Shown here: piece by piece, positions 1 through 8,515 of the stretch
Numbering within the stretch: the first letter of the stretch is position 1
Layout: every line of letters begins with the position of its first letter
IMG/VR virus record: IMGVR_UViG_3300032157_000372
Span: 1 to 58,514 of that record
Source: a virus
Taxonomy: Duplodnaviria; Caudoviricetes
Direction: 5' to 3' (one strand)
Length of the DNA stretch: 58,514 nt
Program-made: the position numbers and the translations under genes
Notes under the pieces: generated by a model
The model's input: only the letters and a program-made list of their open reading frames with translations
What the model was told of the DNA's origin: nothing
Databases searched by the model: none

Positions 1-1056
1 TCACAATCCGTTCTTACCGTCAATCTTGGCCATGGCGGAGGCCGCGAGCACCTTCTGGCGCGCCTTCTTCGTGTAGCGGCGAATCATCTGCGTCGTCGTG
101 TGGCCGGTGACCGACATGATCTCCAAATCGCTCGCGCCGGCTTCGGCAAGCGCCGTCGGCGTGGTGTGGCGCAGGCCGTGAAAATGGTACTCGTCGAGCC
201 CAAGGCCATCGAGGTGCGCGCGCAGCTCGTGGATGAATTCGGTCTGCTTGATCGGCGTGCCGTCGGCGCGCGTGACGAAGAGGAGGCCCGGGAACGAGCA
301 GGAGGCGAGATACTCGCGCAGCCGCTTGACCGCGGGGATCTCGAGCTCGACGATCGGCCCCTTGCGGCCCTTGCCGCGCTTTGCTTCCGGCCGGCCCTGG
401 CGGATCGTGAACCACTCGCCGTCGAAGCGCGCGCGAGAGAGCCGCAGGATGTCGCCCTCGCGCTGGGCCGTGTAGAGGCCGAGCATGTAGGCCGTGCGCA
501 TCCAGGCCGGCATCTCGCTCGCTTCGAATGCGGCGCGCGCCTGCGCCGGCCATGGCAGATAACTTTCGGAGTCGTTGAGCCGCACGATGCGCGCGGCCGG
601 ATTGCGGTCAGTGTAGCCGAGGTCCATGCCGATCGTGAAGGTGCGCGAGACGGCGGCGACGAAGAGATCCTGAGTGCGCGAGTTCGCCTTGAGCTTGTTG
701 CGCAGCCTCACGATGTGCTGGCGGCGCACGTTGTCGGCCTGGTAATCGCCGAACGGCGCCAGGTGGTCGAGCGCGCGGGCGTAGCCGGCCTGCGTCTTGG
801 GCGCGAGAGCGGCCCACTCGGGCGAGGACTTGAAATCGCGGATGAGCGCGCGCAGCGAGCCGGCGATGATGGGCTGCATGATCTCGGGGGAGAGGGAGGC
901 GAGCGCCTTCGCATACTCGCGGCGGAAATCCTCGCTCGTCGGATCGTCGGGGAGGCGGCGGAACACGCCGCGCCAGCGGAAATAGAGATACGTGTGACCC
1001 TTGGCGCGCTGGCGCACCACGTACATCGGCAGGGGCCTTGGCTCAGGGAGCGGCAT
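1..1056 (-). CDS. int: Tyrosine recombinase / phage integrase
   Basis: Catalytic motifs AQREGDIL, FHGLRHT, GHTT...RRY; N-terminal arm-binding-like region. Confidence 0.95.
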   Translation of the reverse strand: MPLPEPRPLPMYVVRQRAKGHTYLYFRWRGVFRRLPDDPTSEDFRREYAKALASLSPEIMQPIIAGSLRALIRDFKSSPEWAALAPKTQAGYARALDHLAPFGDYQADNVRRQHIVRLRNKLKANSRTQDLFVAAVSRTFTIGMDLGYTDRNPAARIVRLNDSESYLPWPAQARAAFEASEMPAWMRTAYMLGLYTAQREGDILRLSRARFDGEWFTIRQGRPEAKRGKGRKGPIVELEIPAVKRLREYLASCSFPGLLFVTRADGTPIKQTEFIHELRAHLDGLGLDEYHFHGLRHTTPTALAEAGASDLEIMSVTGHTTTQMIRRYTKKARQKVLAASAMAKIDGKNGL

Positions 1057-1336
1057 CGATGGCTCGCATCAGATCGTCGGGAGTCTCCTCGCGCGCCGAT
1101 GATGAGCTAAGTTTCGAGCGCCGGTCAACCGCGGCGTCGAGCGCCTTGCGGTCCCATTGCCGGCGGCGGCCGTCCGCCAGCGGGCCGGGATAGGTGCCGG
1201 CCTCGACCGCATCGAGGAACGCCTGCGACGAAAGGCCGACGTAGGCGGCGGCGAGCTCGAGGTCGAGAATGCGCGGCGGCAGGCCGCGCCGGATGAGCTC
1301 GTCGATCGCCTGCGTCTTGGTGATGTTGCCCGTCAA
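1043..1336 (-). CDS. Excisionase-like HTH protein
   Basis: PPRILDLELAAAYVGLS...RRQWDRKALD winged-helix pattern; overlaps int start; TTG start inferred. Confidence 0.75.
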   Translation of the reverse strand: MTGNITKTQAIDELIRRGLPPRILDLELAAAYVGLSSQAFLDAVEAGTYPGPLADGRRRQWDRKALDAAVDRRSKLSSSSAREETPDDLMRAIDAAP

Positions 1337-1632
1337 AACCACACCTCGACGATGACGGGGTCGTCCTGGGCATAGCGGCCGAGGTTCGTGAGGCCGGGGT
1401 TCTGGCACAGCAGAGCAAGGCGCAGCGCATCGAGCGAGGGGGCAAAGAGCGCCTTCGTCGTCGGCCCCGAGAGCGGCGCCGTCTGCCCGCAGCGGACGAC
1501 GCTCAGGCGCGCCACGTACCCCGCGGGGTAGTCGGCCGGTCGCGCGGTGACGACCCACATGCAGAGGAAATCGCGCAGGCTCGGGGCGACGACGGCCTCG
1601 TAGTCGATCAGCACGGGCGCGCGCGCCTGCAT
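1333..1632 (-). CDS. Hypothetical phage protein
   Basis: ATG at 1632 coupled to neighbours; PADYPAGYVAR...DDPVIVEVW. Confidence 0.7.
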   Translation of the reverse strand: MQARAPVLIDYEAVVAPSLRDFLCMWVVTARPADYPAGYVARLSVVRCGQTAPLSGPTTKALFAPSLDALRLALLCQNPGLTNLGRYAQDDPVIVEVWF

Positions 1633-1826
1633 CAGGGTGCCTCCCGCAGCGCGGACGCCACGTCGCGCTCCTGCGCGGCGATCTGCGCCTCGGCGAAGTC
1701 GATGGCGGTGTGCGCGCAGCCGTGCTCGCATCTGAATTGCGCGTCCTCCGCGACGCCGACGAATTTGAGGATGGCGCGCGCCCTCTGCCGGGCGGTCCAT
1801 TCGGTGATGGGCTGCTGATCGGCCAT
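1632..1826 (-). CDS. Hypothetical protein
   Basis: 64-aa ORF packed in leftward operon. Confidence 0.6.
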   Translation of the reverse strand: MADQQPITEWTARQRARAILKFVGVAEDAQFRCEHGCAHTAIDFAEAQIAAQERDVASALREAP

Positions 1827-1829
1827 CGC

Positions 1830-2177
1830 TCAGGCCTCCGCGCCGATGCATGCGGCGACCGCGCGCCGATAGTCGCCGCCCGCGCTCCTCATGCGGCGCC
1901 AGGCCTGGCCGTCGGAGAGCTCGTCGGCGAGCCACGCGAAATCGCACACGTACATGATCGCGAGCAGCAGCACGCGTTCGCCTGAGCTCGCGCCGCCGTA
2001 GGCATGTCGTGCGGCGTCGACGAAACACCCCCGCTTCTTGTTGTCGTTGAGGTCGACGATCATCGATCGCAGCATGCGCCAGCTCTGGGCCGCCTTGAGG
2101 TATTCCTCGATCCCCATCTTGATGAACATCGCGCGCGCGGGATGCCCGGCCTTGAAGCTTTGGAAATCGTCGACCAT
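1830..2177 (-). CDS. Hypothetical phage protein
   Basis: 115-aa ORF with GAGGAG-like RBS, packed in operon. Confidence 0.7.
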   Translation of the reverse strand: MVDDFQSFKAGHPARAMFIKMGIEEYLKAAQSWRMLRSMIVDLNDNKKRGCFVDAARHAYGGASSGERVLLLAIMYVCDFAWLADELSDGQAWRRMRSAGGDYRRAVAACIGAEA

Positions 2178-2391
2178 CGCTCAGTCCTCCTCGCCCGCAG
2201 GCGCGTGGCGCGCGCCGACGATGAGAAAATGCGTCTTCCCGAAGCTTCCGGGCAGCTTGACGATCAGGTCGTCATCCTCGGGCTCGCCGTGGCCGCCGTG
2301 CATCCAGTGCAGAAGCGTGTAGACGGCGGACGTGAGCCGGTCGTCGGGAATCATGCTTATCCGCTTTGAACATACACCCTCCAAAGGTTGA

Positions 2392-3441
2392 TTAGTCATG
2401 ATGGCTGTCCATCGTCGGATGCTTCCAAGTTCCTTCGTAAATCCCGGCATAGGTCGGGCCTTCGCCGTTGGTCCCGATGCCGAGCAGCGAACGGAAGGCG
2501 TTGAACGGGTAGAAGCGCCGGTTAAAGCGGAACGTGAACTCATTCAGGTAAGCTTGCAGATGTTGCGGCTCGACGCGGCCATGGTGCGTCCCTTGCAGCC
2601 ACGCCTTGAGGTTCGAAAACACAAGGTGGACGATCGGCAGATATTCTTCCGCGACCTCGGGGTTCCCGGCTTCGACAACCGGCAAGTGCTGGTAGCCGCT
2701 GAGGGCCAGCTTATTGTAGGCCGGGGCGGCGTCGGTGATGACAATAGCGCCGGGCTCGACGGCCTTTTCCACAAAGCCAATCAGGGCCTTAGCCGAGCGT
2801 GCCGGAACGATTTCCAGCCGCAAACGTCCAGCGTAGCGCCCGCCGCGCCGCATGGGCTTGTCGCCTTTCTTGGCGGGGCGCGTGCGCACCTCGACAGCGG
2901 CGGCTACGATGGTCTTTTCGTCAGCGTGAGGGCCGCGACCCTCGCCGGTCGTGACGCCGCCGATGTAGGTTTCGTCAACTTCGACGTGATCGCCGCGCCC
3001 AAGGTTGCCGCCGATACGGTCGCGGCCTTGGCGGACCATGCCGGCGCGCAGTTTATGCAGGATGTGGAAGGCGGTTTCGTACCGGCTCAAGCCAAGCTGG
3101 CGCTGGAACTGCACGGCGGACATGCCCGGCGTCATACTCGACACGAGGTAAGCCGCCCAAAACCAGACGGTCAGCGGCGTATGAGTGCGCTGCATCACAG
3201 TATCGACCGTCAGCGACGTTTGCTTGCGGCAGGCGCGGCAGGTCAAGACGCTGGTCCGCGTCGCCAGTCGGAAGGGCTCGCCCTTGGCTTCGCAGTGCGG
3301 GCAGACAAAACCCTTCGGCCACTTCGCGCCCTCCAGGTATCGGGCACAAGCCGCGTCGTCTTTGAACAATTTCTGGAAGTCCCTGAGAGACTTAGGGAAT
3401 GGCAAGTGTTCCCATTGGAGTACGTCAGCGTGCGGGGGCAT
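2392..3441 (-). CDS. IS1595-family transposase
   Basis: Zn ribbon (CPHC...CRAC), HTH, EVDETYIGG, TDAAPAY, HLVFSNLK, YLNEFTFRFNRR. Confidence 0.95.
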   Translation of the reverse strand: MPPHADVLQWEHLPFPKSLRDFQKLFKDDAACARYLEGAKWPKGFVCPHCEAKGEPFRLATRTSVLTCRACRKQTSLTVDTVMQRTHTPLTVWFWAAYLVSSMTPGMSAVQFQRQLGLSRYETAFHILHKLRAGMVRQGRDRIGGNLGRGDHVEVDETYIGGVTTGEGRGPHADEKTIVAAAVEVRTRPAKKGDKPMRRGGRYAGRLRLEIVPARSAKALIGFVEKAVEPGAIVITDAAPAYNKLALSGYQHLPVVEAGNPEVAEEYLPIVHLVFSNLKAWLQGTHHGRVEPQHLQAYLNEFTFRFNRRFYPFNAFRSLLGIGTNGEGPTYAGIYEGTWKHPTMDSHHD

Positions 3442-3444
3442 GGC

Positions 3445-3852
3445 TCAGAACCCGCCTTCATCGGTATCAATGCCCTTGATCGGCTTTTCTGTAGGCTGCC
3501 CAACCCTCGGACCAAAAACGTCCGAAACTTCACTACATTTTTCGGGCACGGACCCGAGCATTTCGAAATGCTTAGGTTCCAGCGTGACGCTCAGGTCTTC
3601 CCACCGGTCAGGCTCGCCAGTGCGATTGTGAACCGTCAAAACAAACTTGCCGTCATTACGGACCAGCACCTCAAGAGCAACATGGTCCGTTTCCACGATG
3701 GTCGCGACCAGCGCGCCAAACCGCTGTCTTTCAAACTTGGCGGCCGAAGTCGTCATTTTCATCACCCGTGGTTGTTCGGTCGCGGGGTCAAAGTCCCGCT
3801 CCCATTCGGTGCAGCCTGTGCTGTTCGATCCCATCGCGTTGTTCTCCATCAA
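3445..3852 (-). CDS. IS passenger hypothetical protein
   Basis: 135-aa ORF inside the IS, ending 3 nt before the transposase start; start uncertain. Confidence 0.5.
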   Translation of the reverse strand: MMENNAMGSNSTGCTEWERDFDPATEQPRVMKMTTSAAKFERQRFGALVATIVETDHVALEVLVRNDGKFVLTVHNRTGEPDRWEDLSVTLEPKHFEMLGSVPEKCSEVSDVFGPRVGQPTEKPIKGIDTDEGGF

Positions 3853-4124
3853 AGGGCGGAAGCGCCCGATGACTCAACCCTACAGGAAGGTGCTGTATGT
3901 GTCAACCGGATAAGCATGTCGGGAATGACCTGGACGCTGCGCGAGCCGTCGGCGTTCGACTCCTTTGCGTTGTCGTGGGCACGCACGAAAGCCGCCGCCG
4001 TCGCCATGTCCGCCAAGCTCACGCCGTCGAGTGTGCGGGCGTCCGGCTCGCCGATGCCCATGGTCGAGAAGGCGATGCTGTTGATGGCCCGGACGATCTC
4101 GCGCGCCTCGTTGATGTTCATCGC

Positions 4125-4448
4125 TCACCTCCCGTCGTCGAGCACGGCCTCGACGAGGCCGCCGTCGAGCACGCTCTCGACGATCTGGCGCACGAGCTCG
4201 TTGACGTGCAGCCCGCGCGCGTGTGCTTCCGGCGCGGCACGATCGAGCGTGTCGACGTAGAACTGCACCGTCTTGACGTGGCGCGGCCGGCCGGTCAGCG
4301 CCGGGTCGCTCACGATGCGGCGCACGACCGACTTCGGGACGTCGAGTGCGGCTGCGATCTCGTCCGGCGACTGGTTGCGTGCGAGGCGGGCGCGCACGGC
4401 CGCATGGCGGCTGGCGTGGCCCTCGGTCGGAATCGTGGCTGGCATCAA
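4125..4448 (-). CDS. HTH DNA-binding protein
   Basis: SPDEIAAALDVPKSVVRRIV HTH plus possible RHH-like C-terminus. Confidence 0.65.
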   Translation of the reverse strand: MMPATIPTEGHASRHAAVRARLARNQSPDEIAAALDVPKSVVRRIVSDPALTGRPRHVKTVQFYVDTLDRAAPEAHARGLHVNELVRQIVESVLDGGLVEAVLDDGR

Positions 4449-4882
4449 GCGTCCTCCTGATGAAAAAGATCGGGCGTGTGAAACGGGTTGGTGACGGTCG
4501 CCTCGGGGAATGCGGCGAGGACGGCCACGACGGCGGGGTGGGTCAAAAGCTCGGCGTCGGAGAGGGCGGCGTTGCCGACGACGGCCGAGGCCGCGCTCTT
4601 GCGCTTCAAGTCATAGAGCTGATCGCGCAGGCCGCCGATCCAGTTGAGGGTCGCGAGCGCCGCCTCGAGGTGGGCGACGTGGCGTGCCGCGGTTTCCTTT
4701 TTGAGGCGCCCGTTCTCGACCAGGCGAGGGTAGACGTGGGCGCGCGCCCGCAGCTCGCGCTCGATCTCGGCGACCTGGGCTTCGAGCGAGATTTTTTGCT
4801 TGGCGCGATCGGCCTCGCCTCCGGCAAGAGCCGCCGCGCCGGCAACGGCCGCCTGCGCTGGGTCTCTTGGTGTGGCGGTCAT
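4445..4882 (-). CDS. Hypothetical phage protein
   Basis: ISLEAQVAEIERELRARAHVYPRLV motif; ATG overlaps upstream stop. Confidence 0.7.
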   Translation of the reverse strand: MTATPRDPAQAAVAGAAALAGGEADRAKQKISLEAQVAEIERELRARAHVYPRLVENGRLKKETAARHVAHLEAALATLNWIGGLRDQLYDLKRKSAASAVVGNAALSDAELLTHPAVVAVLAAFPEATVTNPFHTPDLFHQEDA

Positions 4883-5109
4883 TGCACGACCTCCCGCTCG
4901 GCGACCGGGCAATCTGGCCGCTCGCACTCTGTCTCGCCGCGGAGCTCGCGCTCGAAGCCGAGCTCGCGCCAGCGCGTGCTCGCGTGATCGAGGTTCCAGC
5001 GCTCCCAGATCGCGACACGCGTCGACACGGGGCGGCTGCACGAATAGGTGCCCGCGCCGTCGGGCCCAAACCGATGGCGGCAGGTCCAGCACGGCCATGG
5101 ATCGGTCAT
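4879..5109 (-). CDS. Small Cys-rich protein
   Basis: CWTC...C...CERPDC; ATGA-coupled. Confidence 0.55.
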   Translation of the reverse strand: MTDPWPCWTCRHRFGPDGAGTYSCSRPVSTRVAIWERWNLDHASTRWRELGFERELRGETECERPDCPVAEREVVQ

Positions 5110-5366
5110 CGCGTCACCGAGGCGACTGAGCGCACGAGCGCCGGGCCGATCGCGGCGCGGACCTCGCTCGGGAGCGGAGGAAGGGTTGAGCGCGGCGCGC
5201 GCCTTTGGCTGCGCATGCCGTCGACGGCAAACGCGAGATCGCGCCGCCCTTCACACAACAGCAGGCAAAGCCGCAGGACCGCGAGCAAGACCCCGATCGA
5301 GAAGCCGAGCAGGACGCGCCCGAGCGGCAGGTCGTAAAGCTGGGCGAACTGGTCGGCGATCGTCAC
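5106..5366 (-). CDS. Small membrane protein
   Basis: Hydrophobic segment VLLGFSIGVLLAVLRLCLLLC; coupled overlaps. Confidence 0.5.
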   Translation of the reverse strand: MTIADQFAQLYDLPLGRVLLGFSIGVLLAVLRLCLLLCEGRRDLAFAVDGMRSQRRAPRSTLPPLPSEVRAAIGPALVRSVASVTR

Positions 5367-5980
5367 TGGCCGGCCTCTCCTTCCTTACTGGTGGCGGGAG
5401 GGGCAAATGCCCTGGCGATATCTGGCTCGGCGCCGTTGTTCGGATCATCCGCCTGCACGCGGTAGACCGTGATGGGATAGGAGCCATCTTCTTCAGCGCG
5501 CATGAAGTGTGCGCCGCACTGGCAAATTCGACCCTTGGCGTCAATCGCGAGACCTCGGCCGCCGTCGACGTGATACGCCTTCCATGGGCGCGGGCCGCGG
5601 TTGATCCATTCCTGCTTGTCACGGAAGGCGAATACGGCCTCGCCGAGCGTGACGGTGACGCTAACCTTGCTCTCCTCCGTCGTGCTTGCGGGAGGGGGAA
5701 GGGCGGAGAGGGCACGCTCATTCCAACTCGAATAGAGCGTTTGCTTGTAGCCGAACACGACTGCTGTTGAGGCGTTGCAGCGCTTGCACTGGATGCATGA
5801 CCCGCCGAAGTTTTCGTCGTTCTCATCAACGTCTGGCGGCTCGAAATCGACGCGCTCTGCATCGGCGCCGCAGAATGGACACGGCCGCAATTCGCCATCT
5901 TCCGGTTCCTCCTCCCCTCCCGGCTCTCGTCGCTCTGTCGCGCGAAGGCGCTCCACCAGATCGTCCCCTGTGCCGGTCAT
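5363..5980 (-). CDS. Lar-family (restriction alleviation) Zn-finger domain protein with extra C-terminal domain
   Basis: LRPCPFCG...IQCKRC...WNER pattern. Confidence 0.7.
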   Translation of the reverse strand: MTGTGDDLVERLRATERREPGGEEEPEDGELRPCPFCGADAERVDFEPPDVDENDENFGGSCIQCKRCNASTAVVFGYKQTLYSSWNERALSALPPPASTTEESKVSVTVTLGEAVFAFRDKQEWINRGPRPWKAYHVDGGRGLAIDAKGRICQCGAHFMRAEEDGSYPITVYRVQADDPNNGAEPDIARAFAPPATSKEGEAGQ

Positions 5981-6414
5981 CGTGGCTCCCCCTTCGACCC
6001 GCCGTTGCGGCGGCGCCATTCGCGCTCATTGTCCCAATCCGCGCTCGGCGGCCGATCGCCGTGGTGCGCGAAGGGGTCTGAATCGGCGAGCCACGTGCGC
6101 AGGCCCGAGCCCATGAGCTCGATCGCGCGCACGACAGCGTCCATGACGTGCTGCTCGAAATGGCCGAACAGGCCGTAGACGGCGAGGAACAAAAACATCT
6201 TGCCGCCGAAGCCGACGGCGCTCGCCGCCATGCCCGAGAGGTAGGCCGCGCCGATGATGGCGAACGCGCCGATCAGGGCGCGCACGGCCGTGACAATGAC
6301 GAGGCGGCGGGCAGGGATGGCGCCGTGCGCGCGGGCGATGGCGGCCCGGCGCAGCCCCCGCAACACACCCGCTCCATTGACGCTTGCGCTCATGGGGTCC
6401 CCCGCCTTCGGCAT
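5977..6414 (-). CDS. Membrane protein
   Basis: Two hydrophobic segments; packed in operon. Confidence 0.55.
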   Translation of the reverse strand: MPKAGDPMSASVNGAGVLRGLRRAAIARAHGAIPARRLVIVTAVRALIGAFAIIGAAYLSGMAASAVGFGGKMFLFLAVYGLFGHFEQHVMDAVVRAIELMGSGLRTWLADSDPFAHHGDRPPSADWDNEREWRRRNGGSKGEPR

Positions 6415-6417
6415 CGC

Positions 6418-6651
6418 TCAATCCGGGTATTTGGCGAGGTGCGCGAGCGCCCAGGATTCCATTGCGTTGGCCTGCGCGAGCGCCTCCTCGGTCTTGGCCT
6501 TGGGCGTGCCGCGCAGCTCGGCCTCGAAGGCCCACGTGCGCACGATCATCGGCGAGAGCTTGTCCTGGGCGCGCAGCACGAACACCGGCTCGTCGTCGGC
6601 CGCCTTGTTGAGGCAGCTATTCGGGTTCTGGATCTCTTCGCGTTTCAGCAT
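6418..6651 (-). CDS. Conserved phage hypothetical protein
   Basis: SCLNKAADDEPVFVLRAQD motif; RBS GAGAGG. Confidence 0.75.
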   Translation of the reverse strand: MLKREEIQNPNSCLNKAADDEPVFVLRAQDKLSPMIVRTWAFEAELRGTPKAKTEEALAQANAMESWALAHLAKYPD

Positions 6652-6664
6652 GTGGTTCCTCTCG

Positions 6665-6708
6665 CTTGCCCATCGCGACGCCTCCGGCTACCGCGATGGG
6701 GCCCGCTA
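6665..6708. repeat. 44-bp palindromic dispersed repeat, copy 1
   Basis: Identical to 20117-20160; stem CCCATCGCG/CGCGATGGG. Confidence 0.9.
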
Positions 6709-6719
6709 TGATCGCGGGC

Positions 6720-6961
6720 GTTGTGGACGATCGACCGGAGCCGGCGGCTTGGCTCACCGCGTGGAGAGCTACCCCGCTCGCCGGCTCCGGTCTCGTTTTG
6801 CCGAAGGCGAACCATCGACAAAGTCCGAAGGCAGCCCTTCAGCCCCCGGCCGTGCTCTGCGCGGCTCCCGCAACCAGTTGCCGGGCGGGAGAAGGCACCC
6901 GCTGGCTTCCGAGCCGCGCAGGTGCTCACCCCGTCGACGCCGTGCGCGTCGATCGCGTGAG
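6720..6961 (-). ncRNA. Candidate structured RNA in leftward early transcript
   Basis: 14-bp perfect stem 6733-6746/6779-6792, two cUUCGg tetraloops on the minus strand, further stems. Confidence 0.45.
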
Positions 6962-7192
6962 AATTGACATCGCCATCTTGAGCGTGCTGCTCGCAGCGTC
7001 GCGGCGCCGGCGCAGGCGGTAGAGCTTGGGATCGACCGCATCGAGGACGGCGGCGGCCTCGCGCATCGCATCGAGCAGGGCGCTCGCCTCGCGCCCCGAG
7101 AGCGTGACCGGCGGGTCGTCGCGGGTTGCGGCCAGCGCGTCGAGCGCCTCCTTGAGGTCGTCGGAATTGTCGGCCGTGGCGCGGATGGTCAT
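6926..7192 (-). CDS. First gene of leftward operon, Arg-rich
   Basis: ATG 7192 with AGGGG RBS downstream of PL; YRLRRRR motif. Confidence 0.65.
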   Translation of the reverse strand: MTIRATADNSDDLKEALDALAATRDDPPVTLSGREASALLDAMREAAAVLDAVDPKLYRLRRRRDAASSTLKMAMSILTRSTRTASTG

Positions 7193-7218
7193 CGCGGTGC
7201 CCCTGATAAGGTTCGCTT

Positions 7219-7270
7219 GAGTTAATGCCAATTAGGCATAATGTCAAGATCAGAGATGCCCAACTGGCAT
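7219..7270 (-). promoter_or_regulatory. PL promoter with two operators
   Basis: TTGACA (-35; 7247-7242 on minus strand); palindromes ATGCC-AATTA-GGCAT 7225-7239 and ATGCC-CAACT-GGCAT 7256-7270. Confidence 0.75.
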
Positions 7271-7369
7271 CGATGCCGGACGGGTGGCACTTATGGCGTC
7301 GACGGTGAACGCACTCGCAGCTAGAATTCCATCATTGAGCACAATGCATTTGCGCGCTGGGGCGGGATC

Positions 7370-7936
7370 GTGGGGAGCGTCGAGGACCGTTTGCGCGAAG
7401 CCGCTGCGGCGGGCGAGATTCTCACGATCATCTACGGCCGTGGAACACAGCCCGGCACCAAGCGCGACATCGTTCCCCTCCAGATCGTCGAAGGCGGCCG
7501 TCTCGAGGCTCGCTGCCTCGCGACGAATGCCTTCAAGACCTTCTTCGTCGCGCACCTGCAAATTGTCGACCCCGGCCACGCGGCGGCGCCTTACACGTCA
7601 AAGACTGCCTACAAGGATCTGTGGGACGTCATGGCGCACCATGGGGATGAGTTCGATCTCATCGGCTGGCATGTCGAAACGCTCGGTGATGCGATGGCGT
7701 TGCGTCGCCGGGCACCCGATGGCTCGCCCATCGGCAATGCGGTCGTGGTGATCGCGCGCCGTGCGCGGCGACCGCCTTGGATCGTCACCGGGCTCGGGCG
7801 AGCCGAGGGGTACGCCGCCCTGCGCGAGGCGGCGCCCGTGTTCGTTTCAATGGCGCGCGAGGCTGCAAGGTCGCCGCCTGCGACGACGGAGAGCGGCGGC
7901 TTCTGGCGTTATCTATGGCGACGTCTGATCGGATGA
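7370..7936 (+). CDS. WYL-like domain protein
   Basis: LREAAAAGEILTIIYGRG...RDIVPLQI...LEARCLATNAFKTFFVAHL resembles the WYL Sm/SH3-like pattern. Confidence 0.6.
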   Translation: MGSVEDRLREAAAAGEILTIIYGRGTQPGTKRDIVPLQIVEGGRLEARCLATNAFKTFFVAHLQIVDPGHAAAPYTSKTAYKDLWDVMAHHGDEFDLIGWHVETLGDAMALRRRAPDGSPIGNAVVVIARRARRPPWIVTGLGRAEGYAALREAAPVFVSMAREAARSPPATTESGGFWRYLWRRLIG

Positions 7937-7953
7937 GTGGTGGGGAGGCGACG

Positions 7954-8514
7954 ATGCGTTTTCTGGCGATTTCAATTTTTGCGCTCGCGATGGCCGGGCC
8001 GGCTCAGGCCTGGGAGTTCGAAGCCGACGAAGACCCGATGACGGACAAGAAAACCGCCGTGATCGTCGAGGCGGGCGACGGCCTTTTCGCTCCGGCGCTG
8101 GGCGCCAAATGCTGGGAGGGCGGAGAGACGCTCTTGATCTTCAACACAAACCAGCCCTATGACGCGAGTGCAAGCTATTTGCCGATGGTGCCGGTCAAGG
8201 TGCGCGTCGACAAGAACGAGATCGTGCCGCTCATCATGATCCCGCAGGAGCTCAGTGGGCGGCTTGTGTTCGCGGACAAGGCCGACGAGGACGGTGGCGC
8301 CGTGCATGAGATCCTGCTCCAGATCCGCAACGCACGTCAGCGCGTCGCCGTCGATCTCGGCTCGCAAGTCTTCCAGTTCTCGGCGAAGCGCAGCGGCAAG
8401 GCCGTCGAGAGCTTCGAGAAGACCTGCGGCCTCGACCTCGAGAAGCTCGCCAAGGCGTCGGCCGGCGACGCGACCGAGGAGGAGGTTGCCAAGAAGCCGG
8501 ACGGGTCGCGCTAG
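7954..8514 (+). CDS. Secreted/periplasmic protein
   Basis: Signal peptide MRFLAISIFALAMAGPAQA; W..EDPMTD motif; GGAGG RBS. Confidence 0.75.
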   Translation: MRFLAISIFALAMAGPAQAWEFEADEDPMTDKKTAVIVEAGDGLFAPALGAKCWEGGETLLIFNTNQPYDASASYLPMVPVKVRVDKNEIVPLIMIPQELSGRLVFADKADEDGGAVHEILLQIRNARQRVAVDLGSQVFQFSAKRSGKAVESFEKTCGLDLEKLAKASAGDATEEEVAKKPDGSR

Positions 8515-8515
8515 G

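Larger units (their letters stand above)
2352..3918 (-). mobile_element. IS1595-family insertion sequence (ISSod11-group-like), 1567 bp
   Basis: Terminal IRs CATGCTTATCCG (2352-2363) and CGGATAAGCATG (3907-3918); 8-bp TSD TCGGGAAT at 2344-2351 and 3919-3926; visibly lower GC. Confidence 0.93.
2181..4121 (-). pseudogene. Hypothetical gene interrupted by IS (5' part 4121-3919, 3' part 2343-2181)
   Basis: Removing the IS and one TSD copy fuses ...SVQVIPD to DRLTSAVYTLLHW...GEED in frame. Confidence 0.85.

Noticed and set aside
2398-4260. 620-aa plus-strand ORF
   Set aside because: It is antisense to the transposase and crosses the IS boundary.
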